64,000 bases of DNA from Giardia intestinalis (Eukaryota), in the NCBI GenBank assembly GCA_000002435.2, contig CM018793.1. One strand, written 5' to 3'. The notes beneath the pieces were generated by a model. It saw only the letters and a program-made list of their open reading frames with translations. It ran no database searches and was not told where the DNA came from. The position numbers and the translations under genes were made by a program. Numbering within the stretch: position 1 is the stretch's first letter; each line of letters starts with the position of its first letter. Of the stretch, positions 28,702 through 38,389 are shown in pieces.

Positions 28702-30762
28702 ATGGATATCGAGGGTCTGAAGCAGATGTTTAGGGTCTGGGGTCTGTTTGAAGAGCAAATAGAGGCAATTCTGATGGCGCAGCGAACCGAAACTGACGTA
28801 CTGACAGCATGCTATGCTGTCTGTCACTCGATTTTTACCACCACATCTCAAGACCTTTTGGCGCAGCCATTCGAAAAGACTGTACTAAAGAATTCTGCCT
28901 TGTTGTCCACAGTGGGGACTAGTATGCGGCTCTTCACAATCGCATCAAAGGACATGTATGGCTTCACCACTAAAGCCATGCCTCAGAGCCTTATTTCTAG
29001 ATTGTCTCCAGAGAAGTACCTCCCATGCGAACTAGGCACAGGCACTAGTACGATCTCCTCCCATCCCCTTTCCGTTGATGACCTTTCCATCTTTTCAATC
29101 GTGGACGGAAAAGTATCAGCGCTTGACCTATCGCATGGAAACCGTGTTTCCCTCTCATTTGAATTTGCTTGCCTTGGAGAGATATATGCAGACGTAGAGC
29201 ATATTGATTTTAGTTTTAATCCCCGTCTTACGGCAGAGAAGATCTCACAGTTTTTATCCATACATGTATTTAAGCGTCTTAAATCCGTGAGAATGATAGG
29301 AACAGATCATAACTTTCGATCTAACGAAGAAGCTCTGGACACAATGCGTCATTGGGACGGTTGTTCAAGACTTGAACAAGTTATCATATTCGATCCTGTT
29401 TTGGGAAGAAAGTATCTCACGCTAACTTTTTCAGACTTGAAAGATACCATTAAAGGATGTGTAGAGAAAGAGACAGAGCCGCTTGTTGTGGACACTGTTG
29501 TGTTTTTGGCCTCAGATATCTCTGCTTTTGAATTGCTATGTTTGGAAACGCCTCAGTTTCTTGCCAATCTTAAACACATATATATTGAGCTCCCTGAGGA
29601 TTATGCATTTGAGAGACTATTTCACATCAAGCCTCAGATAAAGACAATAAATGGAGTTCCCATCTTTAATCACATTGTTTCAGAATTAGCGCTGACGACT
29701 CACGATTCTGCAATAAGGGCCCAGATGATACAGTTGGTAATTGACAAGTTCTATGAGACTTGTAGGCCCATTGCTGTAGATTATGAAGGGGACTGTTATA
29801 GCAAGTCAGGTAGCTATATTTTTGACCCTAACAAAGATTACTTTGCATGCTCACTGTTTCCAAGTCCCCTCACCAACCCCAAGCTGGACTACCACACCTC
29901 CGAAGATTTCTTACATGCACCACTTAATTCCTCTGCATTAATCACCCTCTCTCAATCCTCAAACATTGCCTTCATTTGGGGTAGGCAGCAGCCATTAGAG
30001 ACGTCTCCTAGATATCGCATCACACTTCTTCAATCAAACACTGTGGACAGCAGCGACAACAATTTGGTGCTTGCGCTTAAATCTGGCTTTCCACTCTGCA
30101 GAACAACTTCGTGCCCCAGTGAAACTTTGAAATTGTCTGTGCATGCAGATGCAGATGCAACCAACTGGAGCATCCTTCCTGCTTTCCGTGTCGCCCTCCT
30201 CTCTTCCATTATTGCTAATCTTCCATACACTCCATATGTCTTCGAGTCCACCTGCACGGGAATAGCCATGTGCGCTTATTGGATAAATAACATGCGCAAG
30301 AGATTTGAGAATAGCACATTTGTAGGATATCTTCCATCTATCAACAGCGTAGTTTATGGTGTGCCGCCTATTCTTTGTTACCTCTTGATGCGCTCTGTCA
30401 AGGACGTCATCTTATTAGTTCTCCCTACTACCACCACTACAGGACATGAAGTGTATCTCTACGATTGCGTCACAGAGGTCCATATTGTCGATGAGGTCGT
30501 TACCGGATTTAGTATTAAAGATCTGCGAAGGAGAAGCTTCCAGTACCATAATGTAGTAGTCAACCCCTCCACAGCATTGCCTACTAGTGCAGATAATCCC
30601 CCGTTTAACCTAATGACCGTTATTGAGCAGTCTTTAGAGCTTATCGATCTAAGAGGATTTGCCGAGAAGAAGAGCATCCTTAAGATCAAGACATATATAG
30701 TTCCCACACTTGATCGAGACAGTAACTGTAGCTACTACAGCGTACTCTCTGACATTTTGTAG
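28702..30762 (+). CDS. hypothetical protein, 686 aa (possible leucine-rich-repeat-like segments)
   Basis: Long ORF with balanced composition. It begins right after the AT-rich desert, and the next gene starts 18 bp after its stop. No confidently recognisable domain. Confidence 0.55.
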   Translation: MDIEGLKQMFRVWGLFEEQIEAILMAQRTETDVLTACYAVCHSIFTTTSQDLLAQPFEKTVLKNSALLSTVGTSMRLFTIASKDMYGFTTKAMPQSLISRLSPEKYLPCELGTGTSTISSHPLSVDDLSIFSIVDGKVSALDLSHGNRVSLSFEFACLGEIYADVEHIDFSFNPRLTAEKISQFLSIHVFKRLKSVRMIGTDHNFRSNEEALDTMRHWDGCSRLEQVIIFDPVLGRKYLTLTFSDLKDTIKGCVEKETEPLVVDTVVFLASDISAFELLCLETPQFLANLKHIYIELPEDYAFERLFHIKPQIKTINGVPIFNHIVSELALTTHDSAIRAQMIQLVIDKFYETCRPIAVDYEGDCYSKSGSYIFDPNKDYFACSLFPSPLTNPKLDYHTSEDFLHAPLNSSALITLSQSSNIAFIWGRQQPLETSPRYRITLLQSNTVDSSDNNLVLALKSGFPLCRTTSCPSETLKLSVHADADATNWSILPAFRVALLSSIIANLPYTPYVFESTCTGIAMCAYWINNMRKRFENSTFVGYLPSINSVVYGVPPILCYLLMRSVKDVILLVLPTTTTTGHEVYLYDCVTEVHIVDEVVTGFSIKDLRRRSFQYHNVVVNPSTALPTSADNPPFNLMTVIEQSLELIDLRGFAEKKSILKIKTYIVPTLDRDSNCSYYSVLSDIL

Positions 30763-30780
30763 ACCCCTTGTTGAAAAATA

Positions 30781-31818
30781 ATGAAGATTTCCTTGCTCTG
30801 TTCTGGTGCAACGAAGGAGTTTGAGTTTCCAACTAACACAGGAAGTTCTAAACTCCACCTAGATCTTTGTCAAAAGATGGGCCTGAAGGCCTCCAGAACG
30901 CGTTTCTTTTGTATACCCAAAGGATCGTCTAGCGATGCCGCAACTGATGAATCTCAGAAAACTGGGCGAGCTACACGTCAACGAAAGGTATACATTGATC
31001 CTGAGAGCACCACAAAGCTTCTTTCAGATTATCTTGAGGAAGAACCCACAGAATCAACAATTCTTCAACTTGGCGTCAAGGACATTGGACCCCAGTTCAG
31101 CTACCGAGGCGTGTTTTTGCTGGAGTACATTGGTCCCCTGGTCATATGGGTTGTCGTGGCCATGAACACGAAGATGAAGACCTCCTTTACAAATCTGGCT
31201 ACTGTGATGTGGGTTTTTCATTATGTGAAGAGGCTCTTTGAGACACTTTTTGTGCACACCTTTTCGAATAAGACAATGCCGCTGCGCAATCTGATAAGAA
31301 ATTGTGTCTACTATTGGGGGTTTGCGTCTGCAATATCATGGACAATCTTGCAGAGCAACGTTCGAATAAATATGAGTATCAGGGAGAAAGTTGGGGAATG
31401 GGAAGATCTTTTGCGTGTTTTTCAAGACACCAAAGATTATACTCACATTCTTCAACTTAGTAAGTCCATTTCCAACCATCTTCTTTATGAGGTTAGTATC
31501 ATGCCTGCAGCGCTCTTTTTCGTCTCAGAGCTTTGTAATCTGTACTGCCACCTCAAGCTGCGATATTTACGACCCCCTGGCTCTCGCGAACACTTTCTGC
31601 CCCGTGGACTCCTTTTTGACAGGATAACATGTCCAAATTATACCACAGAGATCCTCTCATGGATGTCCTTCGCCATGTTTACCCGTTCCTGGGTGTGTGC
31701 TGTCTTCAATGTTTGTGGGGCCGTCCAGATGTATATCTGGGCTCGTCAAAAGCGTGCGCGACTTGCGACTCAGTTCCCCGAGGTGAAGAAAAGGTTCTGC
31801 ATTTTCCCCTTCCTCTAG
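30781..31818 (+). CDS. TECR: trans-2-enoyl-CoA reductase (TECR/Tsc13; 3-oxo-5-alpha-steroid 4-dehydrogenase family) with N-terminal ubiquitin-like domain
   Basis: HYVKRLFETLFVHTFSNKTMPLRNLIRNCVYYWGF and LRPPGSREHFLPRGLLFDRITCPNYTTEILSWMSFAMFT closely match TECR (HY.KRLLETLFVHRFS..TMPLRN...NC.YYWGF; PAGSK.R.IP...F....CPNYT.E..SW.GFA). The N-terminal ~80 aa are UBL-like, as in TECR. Confidence 0.85.
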   Translation: MKISLLCSGATKEFEFPTNTGSSKLHLDLCQKMGLKASRTRFFCIPKGSSSDAATDESQKTGRATRQRKVYIDPESTTKLLSDYLEEEPTESTILQLGVKDIGPQFSYRGVFLLEYIGPLVIWVVVAMNTKMKTSFTNLATVMWVFHYVKRLFETLFVHTFSNKTMPLRNLIRNCVYYWGFASAISWTILQSNVRINMSIREKVGEWEDLLRVFQDTKDYTHILQLSKSISNHLLYEVSIMPAALFFVSELCNLYCHLKLRYLRPPGSREHFLPRGLLFDRITCPNYTTEILSWMSFAMFTRSWVCAVFNVCGAVQMYIWARQKRARLATQFPEVKKRFCIFPFL

Positions 31819-31876
31819 TTTTTTCTTGGCTGATGTTCCCTGCAACTTCCCTGCGCTGGCACAAATGTAAATATTC

Positions 31877-32326
31877 GTGTCCCCATTAACCAAAAAAGAA
31901 ATGATCCGCTTTCTTCTAATCCAGAACAAGCTCGGACGCACCCGGCTTGCCAAGTACTTTGTTCACTACGATGCAGATCAGCGTCACCAGCTTGAAAAGG
32001 AGGTCCACCGTTTAGTCATAGGCCGTAATGTCAAACAGACCAACTTCATTGAGTTTCGCTCTCACAAGATAATCTACAGGCGCTACGCTGGCCTCTACTT
32101 CACCATCTGCTGTGATCTCAACGATAATGAGCTTGCCATGCTGGAGGCAATACACTTGTTTGTCGAAACACTCAATACCTACTTCGAAACTGTCTGCGAG
32201 CTCAATCTGATCTTTGACTTCCATAAGGTGAACCTTATTTGCGACGAGGTCTTTCTTGCTGGCGAGATTCAGGAGACCAGTAAAGAAGTCATCATTAACC
32301 ACGTCTCCCAGATCGATAAGTTTTGA
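31877..32326 (+). CDS. adaptor-protein complex sigma subunit (AP-2 sigma-like small chain)
   Basis: [20 protein letters not shown]...[64 protein letters not shown] is nearly co-linear with sigma-2 adaptin (MIRFILIQNRAGKTRLAKWY...[63 protein letters not shown]). The likely true start is the second ATG at 31901. Confidence 0.9.
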   Translation: [149 protein letters not shown]

Positions 32327-32475
32327 AGGCCGATGTCTTCTAGTTGCTTTTCCCTGTGTAAATCACTTATGGCTATGTTCGGCGATTTTTGCCACGTGTC
32401 TGGAGGAAGATATTTTGCTTGCGACCAAAAAATTGAAAGAGAGCTGGAAGACTGGCTTCGCCCCTTTCTTGACCA

Positions 32476-33531
32476 TTGTCACAAGATCATACTTCAAGGG
32501 AGGGCTTTATCATGGGCTGTATTGTCGATAAAATCGCATATCCATCGAAATATTTACCCCGACAGAAAATCACCAAAGATGACAAGCGGTACATCTGGAT
32601 ACCCGTCAAGCACAACACTTCCATCTGCGCCATGATTTGCTATCCTAATCAGAGCGATGTCTTGCAAAGTCTACCCGAGCAGATGGTCTACTCCATCATG
32701 ACAATAAGAAAGGCCCTCTTCGAAAGCACTTCCGAGCGACCCTCCGAAGATGCCGCTAGCAATGACCGTCTCATAATTTATTCCCATGGGAACGCAGAAA
32801 CCATGATGCACAATTCCGCTTACGGGTTCATGTTGGCGGACCTCAGCGGGATGCCCGTCCTCCTCTATGATTATGAAGGTTATGGAGCATCGGAAGGGAA
32901 GAGTGGCGAAAAGACGGCGAGGAGGGACATAGAAGCAGTTTATCGGTACGTGCGCGAAACGTATCCAGAATATAAGCTAATCTTCATGGGAAGGTCCATT
33001 GGAAGCGTGACTACCGTTCATATTGCAAATCTCTACGCCAACAAGAAAGCATATCAAGAAGATAGGAAAAGAGACGTGCTGGCAGGCATTATACTCCAAT
33101 CTGGTGTGGCATCTGCACTCCAAACGCTTCGGAAACGGAAGATAAATGTAATCTGCGATTGCCTGCGCAATTATGATAAAGTCGGGAATTGGTCATTTCC
33201 GTGTCTCATCATTCATGGTGCTTGCGATAACATTGTTCCCGTGCATAACGCGATTATAATGGCTCGCAACGTAATCAAGCACAATCACCCTTCATATCTT
33301 AAATCTTTTGAGTCCTTCATTAAAAAAGCACACCCTTTAGACACGATGGACAATCACTGCATATTTAGAGCAGATAACTTCAGTCTTTTGCTCATTGCCG
33401 GGGGAGACCACAACAGCTACGATATTGAGACATACGAGCTGACGTACAGTGTCATAGCGCAATTCCTGACCGGGGATGGCACAATAGAGACGTCAATCGT
33501 GCAAGGCCAAGAGATGCTGCTCCAAGTCTGA
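32476..33531 (+). CDS. alpha/beta-hydrolase fold serine hydrolase, ABHD17/FAM108-like
   Basis: The lipase nucleophile elbow GRSIGS (GxSxG) is followed by the acid/His region ...IIHGACDNIVP... The N-terminus MGCIVDKIAYPSKYLP resembles the ABHD17 N-terminal acylation region. An alternative start is at 32512 (MGC...). Confidence 0.75.
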   Translation: MSQDHTSREGFIMGCIVDKIAYPSKYLPRQKITKDDKRYIWIPVKHNTSICAMICYPNQSDVLQSLPEQMVYSIMTIRKALFESTSERPSEDAASNDRLIIYSHGNAETMMHNSAYGFMLADLSGMPVLLYDYEGYGASEGKSGEKTARRDIEAVYRYVRETYPEYKLIFMGRSIGSVTTVHIANLYANKKAYQEDRKRDVLAGIILQSGVASALQTLRKRKINVICDCLRNYDKVGNWSFPCLIIHGACDNIVPVHNAIIMARNVIKHNHPSYLKSFESFIKKAHPLDTMDNHCIFRADNFSLLLIAGGDHNSYDIETYELTYSVIAQFLTGDGTIETSIVQGQEMLLQV

Positions 33532-34035
33532 ATATACCGTCCTCCAACCTGCTATTAGGGTGTTGAGCTCATTCCTCCATGTAGTGCGCTCCTCGTTAAA
33601 CTCCTGGATCAACTGAGCAAGTCGCTCCTTCAGCCTTGCAGCCTCACGGATTGCGGCTTGTCCTTCCTCGGCCTGCTGTATCTCCTTCGCAGCTTCCCTT
33701 GAGTGTTCCTTTTCCGTATAGTTAGCCAGCTGAATGCTAAGCTCTAGAATTTTGCTTTCCTTGACTTGGAAGATTGATACCAGAGAGTGAATTAGCCCCT
33801 TCATCTGTTGGGATATGCTCTGGTATGCATCCTCCTTTGGGATCCTCCTTTCTTGAACTCCGGTGAGCGCAGCCCACATCCCTGTTTTCAGGGAGTCATA
33901 GGAGGAAGCAAAGGTCCAATAAAGAGGCTCCACAGTTGGGTCTCTGTCATAGAAGCCACACTTCTCCAGCGATGCGACAGTCCGCGCAAGGGTCTTCGAG
34001 GACGCTACGGTCTGCCGATCAGATTCGAAAGACAT
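33493..34035 (-). CDS. hypothetical coiled-coil protein (about 180 aa)
   Basis: The track ORF extends to 34179, but that start would lie inside the divergent S27a gene; ATG 34033-34035 (MSFESDRQ...) is preferred. The C-terminal half is a heptad-rich coiled coil. The 3' end overlaps the ABHD gene's 3' end by 39 nt. Confidence 0.5.
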   Translation of the reverse strand: MSFESDRQTVASSKTLARTVASLEKCGFYDRDPTVEPLYWTFASSYDSLKTGMWAALTGVQERRIPKEDAYQSISQQMKGLIHSLVSIFQVKESKILELSIQLANYTEKEHSREAAKEIQQAEEGQAAIREAARLKERLAQLIQEFNEERTTWRNELNTLIAGWRTVYSDLEQHLLALHD

Positions 34036-34112
34036 ATTCCTATCCCCAGTGAAAAAATCCCGGCTTCCATTTTTTTGATTTTTTAGAATCAAAAAATGAT
34101 AATGAAATTGAA

Positions 34113-34526
34113 ATGCTGGTGATAGTCCGACTCCAGGATCAGACGTTACCCTTTGAGCTTCCGGCTGGCGCACGCGCATCCCAGCTTTCGAACCTGCTCT
34201 CTAGCTCTGGCATGGCCTTTTCTCTCCACACGCAGGGTCGTGTCCTCTCGGAGGCGGCTGAGCTCAATGATAAGATGGTTATCGACGCGTTTGTCCCTGC
34301 TGATGGCGCCGGTAAAGACAAAAAGCGCAAGAAGAAGGCGCACAAGACCCCCAAGAAGATCAAGCACGAGCCCAAGAAGGTCAGGCTTGCCTGTTTGAAG
34401 TACTACACGATCAAGGGGGATACCGCAGAGCCCACGCGCGAGTACTGCCCCAACTGCGGACCGGGAATCCGCATTGCCAGGCACGCGGATCGATGCCACT
34501 GCGGCCGCTGCGGCTTTGCAAAGTAA
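34113..34526 (+). CDS. RPS27A: ubiquitin-like domain fused to ribosomal protein S27a (eS31); the Ub-like moiety is highly divergent
   Basis: The C-terminal half GKDKKRKKKAHKTPKKIKHEPKKVRLACLKYYTIKG...EYCPNCGPGIRIARHADRCHCGRCGF is the eS31 zinc-ribbon (KKRKKK..TPKK.KH..KKVKLAVLKYY...C....CG.G.FMA.H.DR.YCGKC). The N-terminal 70 aa have ubiquitin length but almost no ubiquitin identity and end ...PADGAG rather than LRLRGG. Confidence 0.85.
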   Translation: MLVIVRLQDQTLPFELPAGARASQLSNLLSSSGMAFSLHTQGRVLSEAAELNDKMVIDAFVPADGAGKDKKRKKKAHKTPKKIKHEPKKVRLACLKYYTIKGDTAEPTREYCPNCGPGIRIARHADRCHCGRCGFAK

Positions 34527-34603
34527 ATCCTCCTGGCTGCCGGTGGCCAGAGGGCGAGTAAACGCACAAACACACGCGTGGGTGCCATGAGTCCCCGTCT
34601 AAT

Positions 34604-35065
34604 TTACCTCCTGCAGAGTATCTTTACGAAGTCTGCGTACTTGATCTGGCCCTCGCCGTCTATGTCGGCCTCACGGAGGAGATCGTCAACCTCGTCCTCG
34701 TCAAGCTTCTCTCCGATGTGGGTCAGGACGTGCCTCAGCTCCGCCGCATTGACGTACCCGTCACCGTTCCTATCGAAGACGCGGAAGGCCTCCCTGAGCT
34801 CCTCCTCAGAGTCTGTGTTGCGTGACTTCGTGACCATGAGCCGAACAAACTCCACGAAACTGATCACGCCGTTGCCGTCCGTGTCGATGGAATTGATCAT
34901 ATCGGCGAGATCTGCCTCCGTGGGGTTCTGCCCGAGGGAGCGCATCACCGTTCCCAGCTCGGCTGTGGTGATGTTCCCGTCTCCGTTTCTGTCGAAAAGG
35001 TTGAAGGCCTCTTTGAATTCCTCCAGGGTCTCCTGGGGCAGGTTTATAGGCATGTCTCCCTCCAT
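34604..35065 (-). CDS. CaM: calmodulin (four EF-hands)
   Basis: 153 aa, about 70% identical to canonical calmodulin across all four EF loops ([52 protein letters not shown]), including [15 protein letters not shown] and [12 protein letters not shown]. Confidence 0.95.
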   Translation of the reverse strand: MEGDMPINLPQETLEEFKEAFNLFDRNGDGNITTAELGTVMRSLGQNPTEADLADMINSIDTDGNGVISFVEFVRLMVTKSRNTDSEEELREAFRVFDRNGDGYVNAAELRHVLTHIGEKLDEDEVDDLLREADIDGEGQIKYADFVKILCRR

Positions 35066-35217
35066 CTGCTACGTCCTCTGAACTTTTTTTCTGGCCAGGC
35101 AGGTTGAAATATTTTTTGAATTTTAAATTCTGAATTTTAATTCTACCGAAATGAAAGCAAACGATGAAAACAGGTTGATCCACCGGTCTCCTTCGTCGCT
35201 TTCTAAAGCATGAATGG

Positions 35218-37809
35218 CTAGTTTCGTCGAGCAGTCGCTTTCTTAGATATTCCTAACTTCTGATTACGCGTGTGTGAGCGAGCAATCCGATCCTTTTCGG
35301 CTCCACTACGAGCTCTCTTATTACGGACCCGCTGACTGTGCAAGAGCATAAGCATATTCTTTGTCGTCTTTTGCTTTTGTATGTTGGAAAGAGACTTGTT
35401 GGACTCTAGCTTACGCGCAATACTCTCTGCCCACCTACTTCCTTTGTGATCATTGGCACTTCTACCAGAATGAGCTAAAACGGTCTTCTCAGCGCGGGTG
35501 AGCTTCTTTCTGGGCAAAAAGCTCTCCAGATCGACTTCGTTCATGCGTGCAGGCGTGACGTATTCGCTTATCCGCGCTAGCTCCTCATCTGTTAGAAGTC
35601 TGCGAGACTGTAACGGAACATTAGAATCGTTCTCTCCAGCACTAGAGTCGGCCTCAGATCTATCTGCTGACTCTGCATCAACGAGAATGGCCCTCTTCTT
35701 TCCTCTCTTTCCTCTAATGATTCGTATGCACTTTCCGGGCTCACCTGATTCGGGCTCGATTGCGTCACCATCAATATTTTGTCCTTCGTCTTCTTCCTCC
35801 TCAGAATCTTGCTCCTTCGGGTTGCCATATTCATCTATTGGCCCAAAGAGCTCATTAATTCTCGTAAAGTAGCACTCTGGTATTGGTAAGCCTCTTTTCT
35901 TGCAATTTACCAGAATGTGACCCATCTTGTTCCGCTCCAGTTTCATCTTCTTCAGCTGGTGTTTCGATGGTGCTACCTCTTCTCCTTCGTCATCAGAGTA
36001 GGTTTCTTTTAGGAGTTTTGCAATGTTTCTCCTGGAGAAATCCGACGAATCAATCTTTTTGTTCGACAAAGGAACGCCGAACTTGGGAACCGCTTTCTGG
36101 TTTCCCATGAGTTGAGTAGTACCTGTCTTGTCTCTGGAACTAGTCTCCTCAAACTCTTCAATATCCTCCAGCTCTTCAAACTCTTCTAGTTCTTCCAAAT
36201 CTTCCAGCTCTTCTAATTCTTCAAGCTCTTCCATTTCCTCGGCACCATGATCATCTCCGTCGTCTTCTTCTCCTTCATCCTCAGTTACCTGGCCCTTTTG
36301 GGCCAACCTCTCGATAGCCTTGAGCTGGCGAACGACTTGTGCACTATCCCTATTCTGGAATCTCGCCTCAAGCTTGTCGGGCGCCTGCTCTCTATAAAAT
36401 TGTAGTAGACACCTTGCAGCAGTCATAACACCCCTACGAGTTTTGCTCGTTGTCTTGCATTTGCTGTTTTGGTATGACCGCGCGACGACTGCCTCCTTAG
36501 AATAACTTGCCAATTCATTAAGTAACTCGCATGCAGAGGGGTTTGCGATGAGCGCGTTTGGATTGCGCTTTGCCATCTCTGCAATAGCATTGAGACCAAC
36601 TGTCATTATATAGTCGGTGGACCCAGAGTGTATAAACTCATGGGCTATGACCTTCATAACGGCAAAAACTTCCTCGTCAAAAATGGCAGGATGAACGGAC
36701 GAGACCAGGTACTCCAGAATTTTGATGACATCCTTTTGCTGCGGCTTAAGGTACTTCATGTAGTAGCGGTAATAATTCTGAATCTCTAATGAGTGGTGCG
36801 CTATTATCTTGGATGTAACCTCAAATGTCAATAACTTTAGTTGAAACGAAGTGTTCCTGCCCAAGTACTTATGGCACAGTTTTTCTATGAACACATATGG
36901 ATCGCGAATGTTATCATATGGATGCCTTGATCCTGCATACGTCAGTTCTTTTTCTTCGTTGTTTTCATCCATTAGATTCTTCAGAGACTTTTGAGCTTTG
37001 GCAAGAGTTTTGTGCGTTTTCGTCTGGTTCCCAGCGAAGCTAGAAACAGCACGCAGGTGTCTTATTTTCGCCTTGAGTGCCTCTTTCTTCTCGTCCTTGG
37101 TTACTCCCTGATCATCTTCTTCCTCGTCTGAGTCCTTGGCTGCAGCTGTGTTTTCTAAAAGGAGAAAATGCAAGACTAACAATGATATGCGCTTATCATT
37201 GGAGTTTAGAAGGCTATCAAGAATGACAGACATCGTCCTTTCATTCTCCCACGCGTGCTTAGAGTACAGGTCACAGCATAGCTGTGTTAACTTAAATGCA
37301 AGAAGCGCGTTTCCGTCCCTCATCTTCATGTTAAAGAACGAAAGAATCTTCTGTGAAGCCCCTGTTTTACCGGCCTTGAACAGCTTTATGCAAGCATTCA
37401 GTAGATGGCTATAGACTAGCTGGCGAATTGGCTTATCGTGAATCCTCAAGAGTCCGCAGTAAAGGCTTAGGAGATTAGTATCTGTTAGGCTTAGGACGCC
37501 GCGTTTGACAAAGAGAATAAGGGTTTGGACAAGGGTTTGACGCAAAGGGGGTGACAAAAGGAGTGCAGACGATTCTGTAAATGTAATCAAGATGGGTATT
37601 AGCGAAGAATATATTGCATTGTACTGGGCAATACCTGAAAGGCGCGCAGTGAAGTTCAAGAGGTCAACGAATTCCTCCTCACTTGTCAGACTGGAGCTGC
37701 TCTGAATGAGCTCCAACTGGCTTCTGAGAACCAGCAGCTGTTTCTGCACCTCCTCAGCGTAGTTGGTGGGGTCTCGACATGCTTTAGAAGCCAAATCAAC
37801 TAACAGCAT
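35218..37809 (-). CDS. SDA1: SDA1-family nucleolar protein (60S pre-ribosome export / actin organisation)
   Basis: 863 aa co-linear with SDA1: VMTVGLNAIAEMAKRNPNALI (SDA1: VMTVGINAIKEITARCP), ...MTAARCLLQFYRE (MMSARTLIHLFR), an acidic linker (ELEELEELEDLEELEEFEE), and a basic C-terminus KNMLMLLHSQRVRNKRARSGAEKDRIA ([24 protein letters not shown]). Confidence 0.85.
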   Translation of the reverse strand: MLLVDLASKACRDPTNYAEEVQKQLLVLRSQLELIQSSSSLTSEEEFVDLLNFTARLSGIAQYNAIYSSLIPILITFTESSALLLSPPLRQTLVQTLILFVKRGVLSLTDTNLLSLYCGLLRIHDKPIRQLVYSHLLNACIKLFKAGKTGASQKILSFFNMKMRDGNALLAFKLTQLCCDLYSKHAWENERTMSVILDSLLNSNDKRISLLVLHFLLLENTAAAKDSDEEEDDQGVTKDEKKEALKAKIRHLRAVSSFAGNQTKTHKTLAKAQKSLKNLMDENNEEKELTYAGSRHPYDNIRDPYVFIEKLCHKYLGRNTSFQLKLLTFEVTSKIIAHHSLEIQNYYRYYMKYLKPQQKDVIKILEYLVSSVHPAIFDEEVFAVMKVIAHEFIHSGSTDYIMTVGLNAIAEMAKRNPNALIANPSACELLNELASYSKEAVVARSYQNSKCKTTSKTRRGVMTAARCLLQFYREQAPDKLEARFQNRDSAQVVRQLKAIERLAQKGQVTEDEGEEDDGDDHGAEEMEELEELEELEDLEELEEFEELEDIEEFEETSSRDKTGTTQLMGNQKAVPKFGVPLSNKKIDSSDFSRRNIAKLLKETYSDDEGEEVAPSKHQLKKMKLERNKMGHILVNCKKRGLPIPECYFTRINELFGPIDEYGNPKEQDSEEEEDEGQNIDGDAIEPESGEPGKCIRIIRGKRGKKRAILVDAESADRSEADSSAGENDSNVPLQSRRLLTDEELARISEYVTPARMNEVDLESFLPRKKLTRAEKTVLAHSGRSANDHKGSRWAESIARKLESNKSLSNIQKQKTTKNMLMLLHSQRVRNKRARSGAEKDRIARSHTRNQKLGISKKATARRN

Positions 37810-37814
37810 TTATT

Positions 37815-38288
37815 TTATACCCTGCTTTGGATCTTAAAATCGCTTTCCGAAGTACAAGGAGCCACCAAATCTAAGACGAGATCGGGAACACCTGCCATAT
37901 AATCCAGTCCCAGGATTCCGTTGTACTTGCCAAAGGAACGACCGGTTTGTAGAGACACTTGGAGTTTTTTTGAAGGAATTTGGGCATTATGATTAACCAA
38001 GCTGACGTCAAGGCGCACGTAGGGACGTACAGAAGTACCATACTTTGTTACCACTTTACCACTTGCAGATATAGGAAGAGTAAACAATGGCTCAATTTGT
38101 TCTGTAGGCACAACAGGCCACAGCTTAAGGGTTACTTGAGTGCCAAGAATATCGATAGCGTCCAGAAAAAGGCTTGAGTTCGTGCTTCCTGTGTCTAGAA
38201 GCATGTGCAGAACAACACCAGGGAGCTGCTGAACGCGAATGTCAACGGATACGGGCAATATAGTGGGCGAGGGCCCCAATGATAGCAT
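37815..38288 (-). CDS. retroviral-type aspartyl protease (retropepsin) domain protein, Ddi1-like, consisting of the protease domain only
   Basis: 157 aa with the active-site motif HMLLDTGSTNSSL (retropepsin hydrophobic-hydrophobic-D-T/S-G-A) and the downstream GILGLDYM motif (Ddi1 MLLGLDML; HIV IIGRNLL). No UBL or UBA domains. The stop lies 5 nt upstream of the SDA1 ATG. Confidence 0.6.
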   Translation of the reverse strand: MLSLGPSPTILPVSVDIRVQQLPGVVLHMLLDTGSTNSSLFLDAIDILGTQVTLKLWPVVPTEQIEPLFTLPISASGKVVTKYGTSVRPYVRLDVSLVNHNAQIPSKKLQVSLQTGRSFGKYNGILGLDYMAGVPDLVLDLVAPCTSESDFKIQSRV

Positions 38289-38389
38289 TTTTCAATTTCA
38301 TACACTATCCGAACATCGTTCCTAACCCTTTTAAACGCAAGTACATGTCTGCAAGCAGTTGCATGCTTTCAAGGGTCCCCAAAAAGAGA

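Noticed and set aside
34139-35183. ORFs 34139-34375(-), 34146-34499(-), 34153-34398(+), 34578-35081(+), 34806-35183(-)
   Set aside because: They are alternate-frame or antisense readings of the GC3-rich S27a and calmodulin genes.
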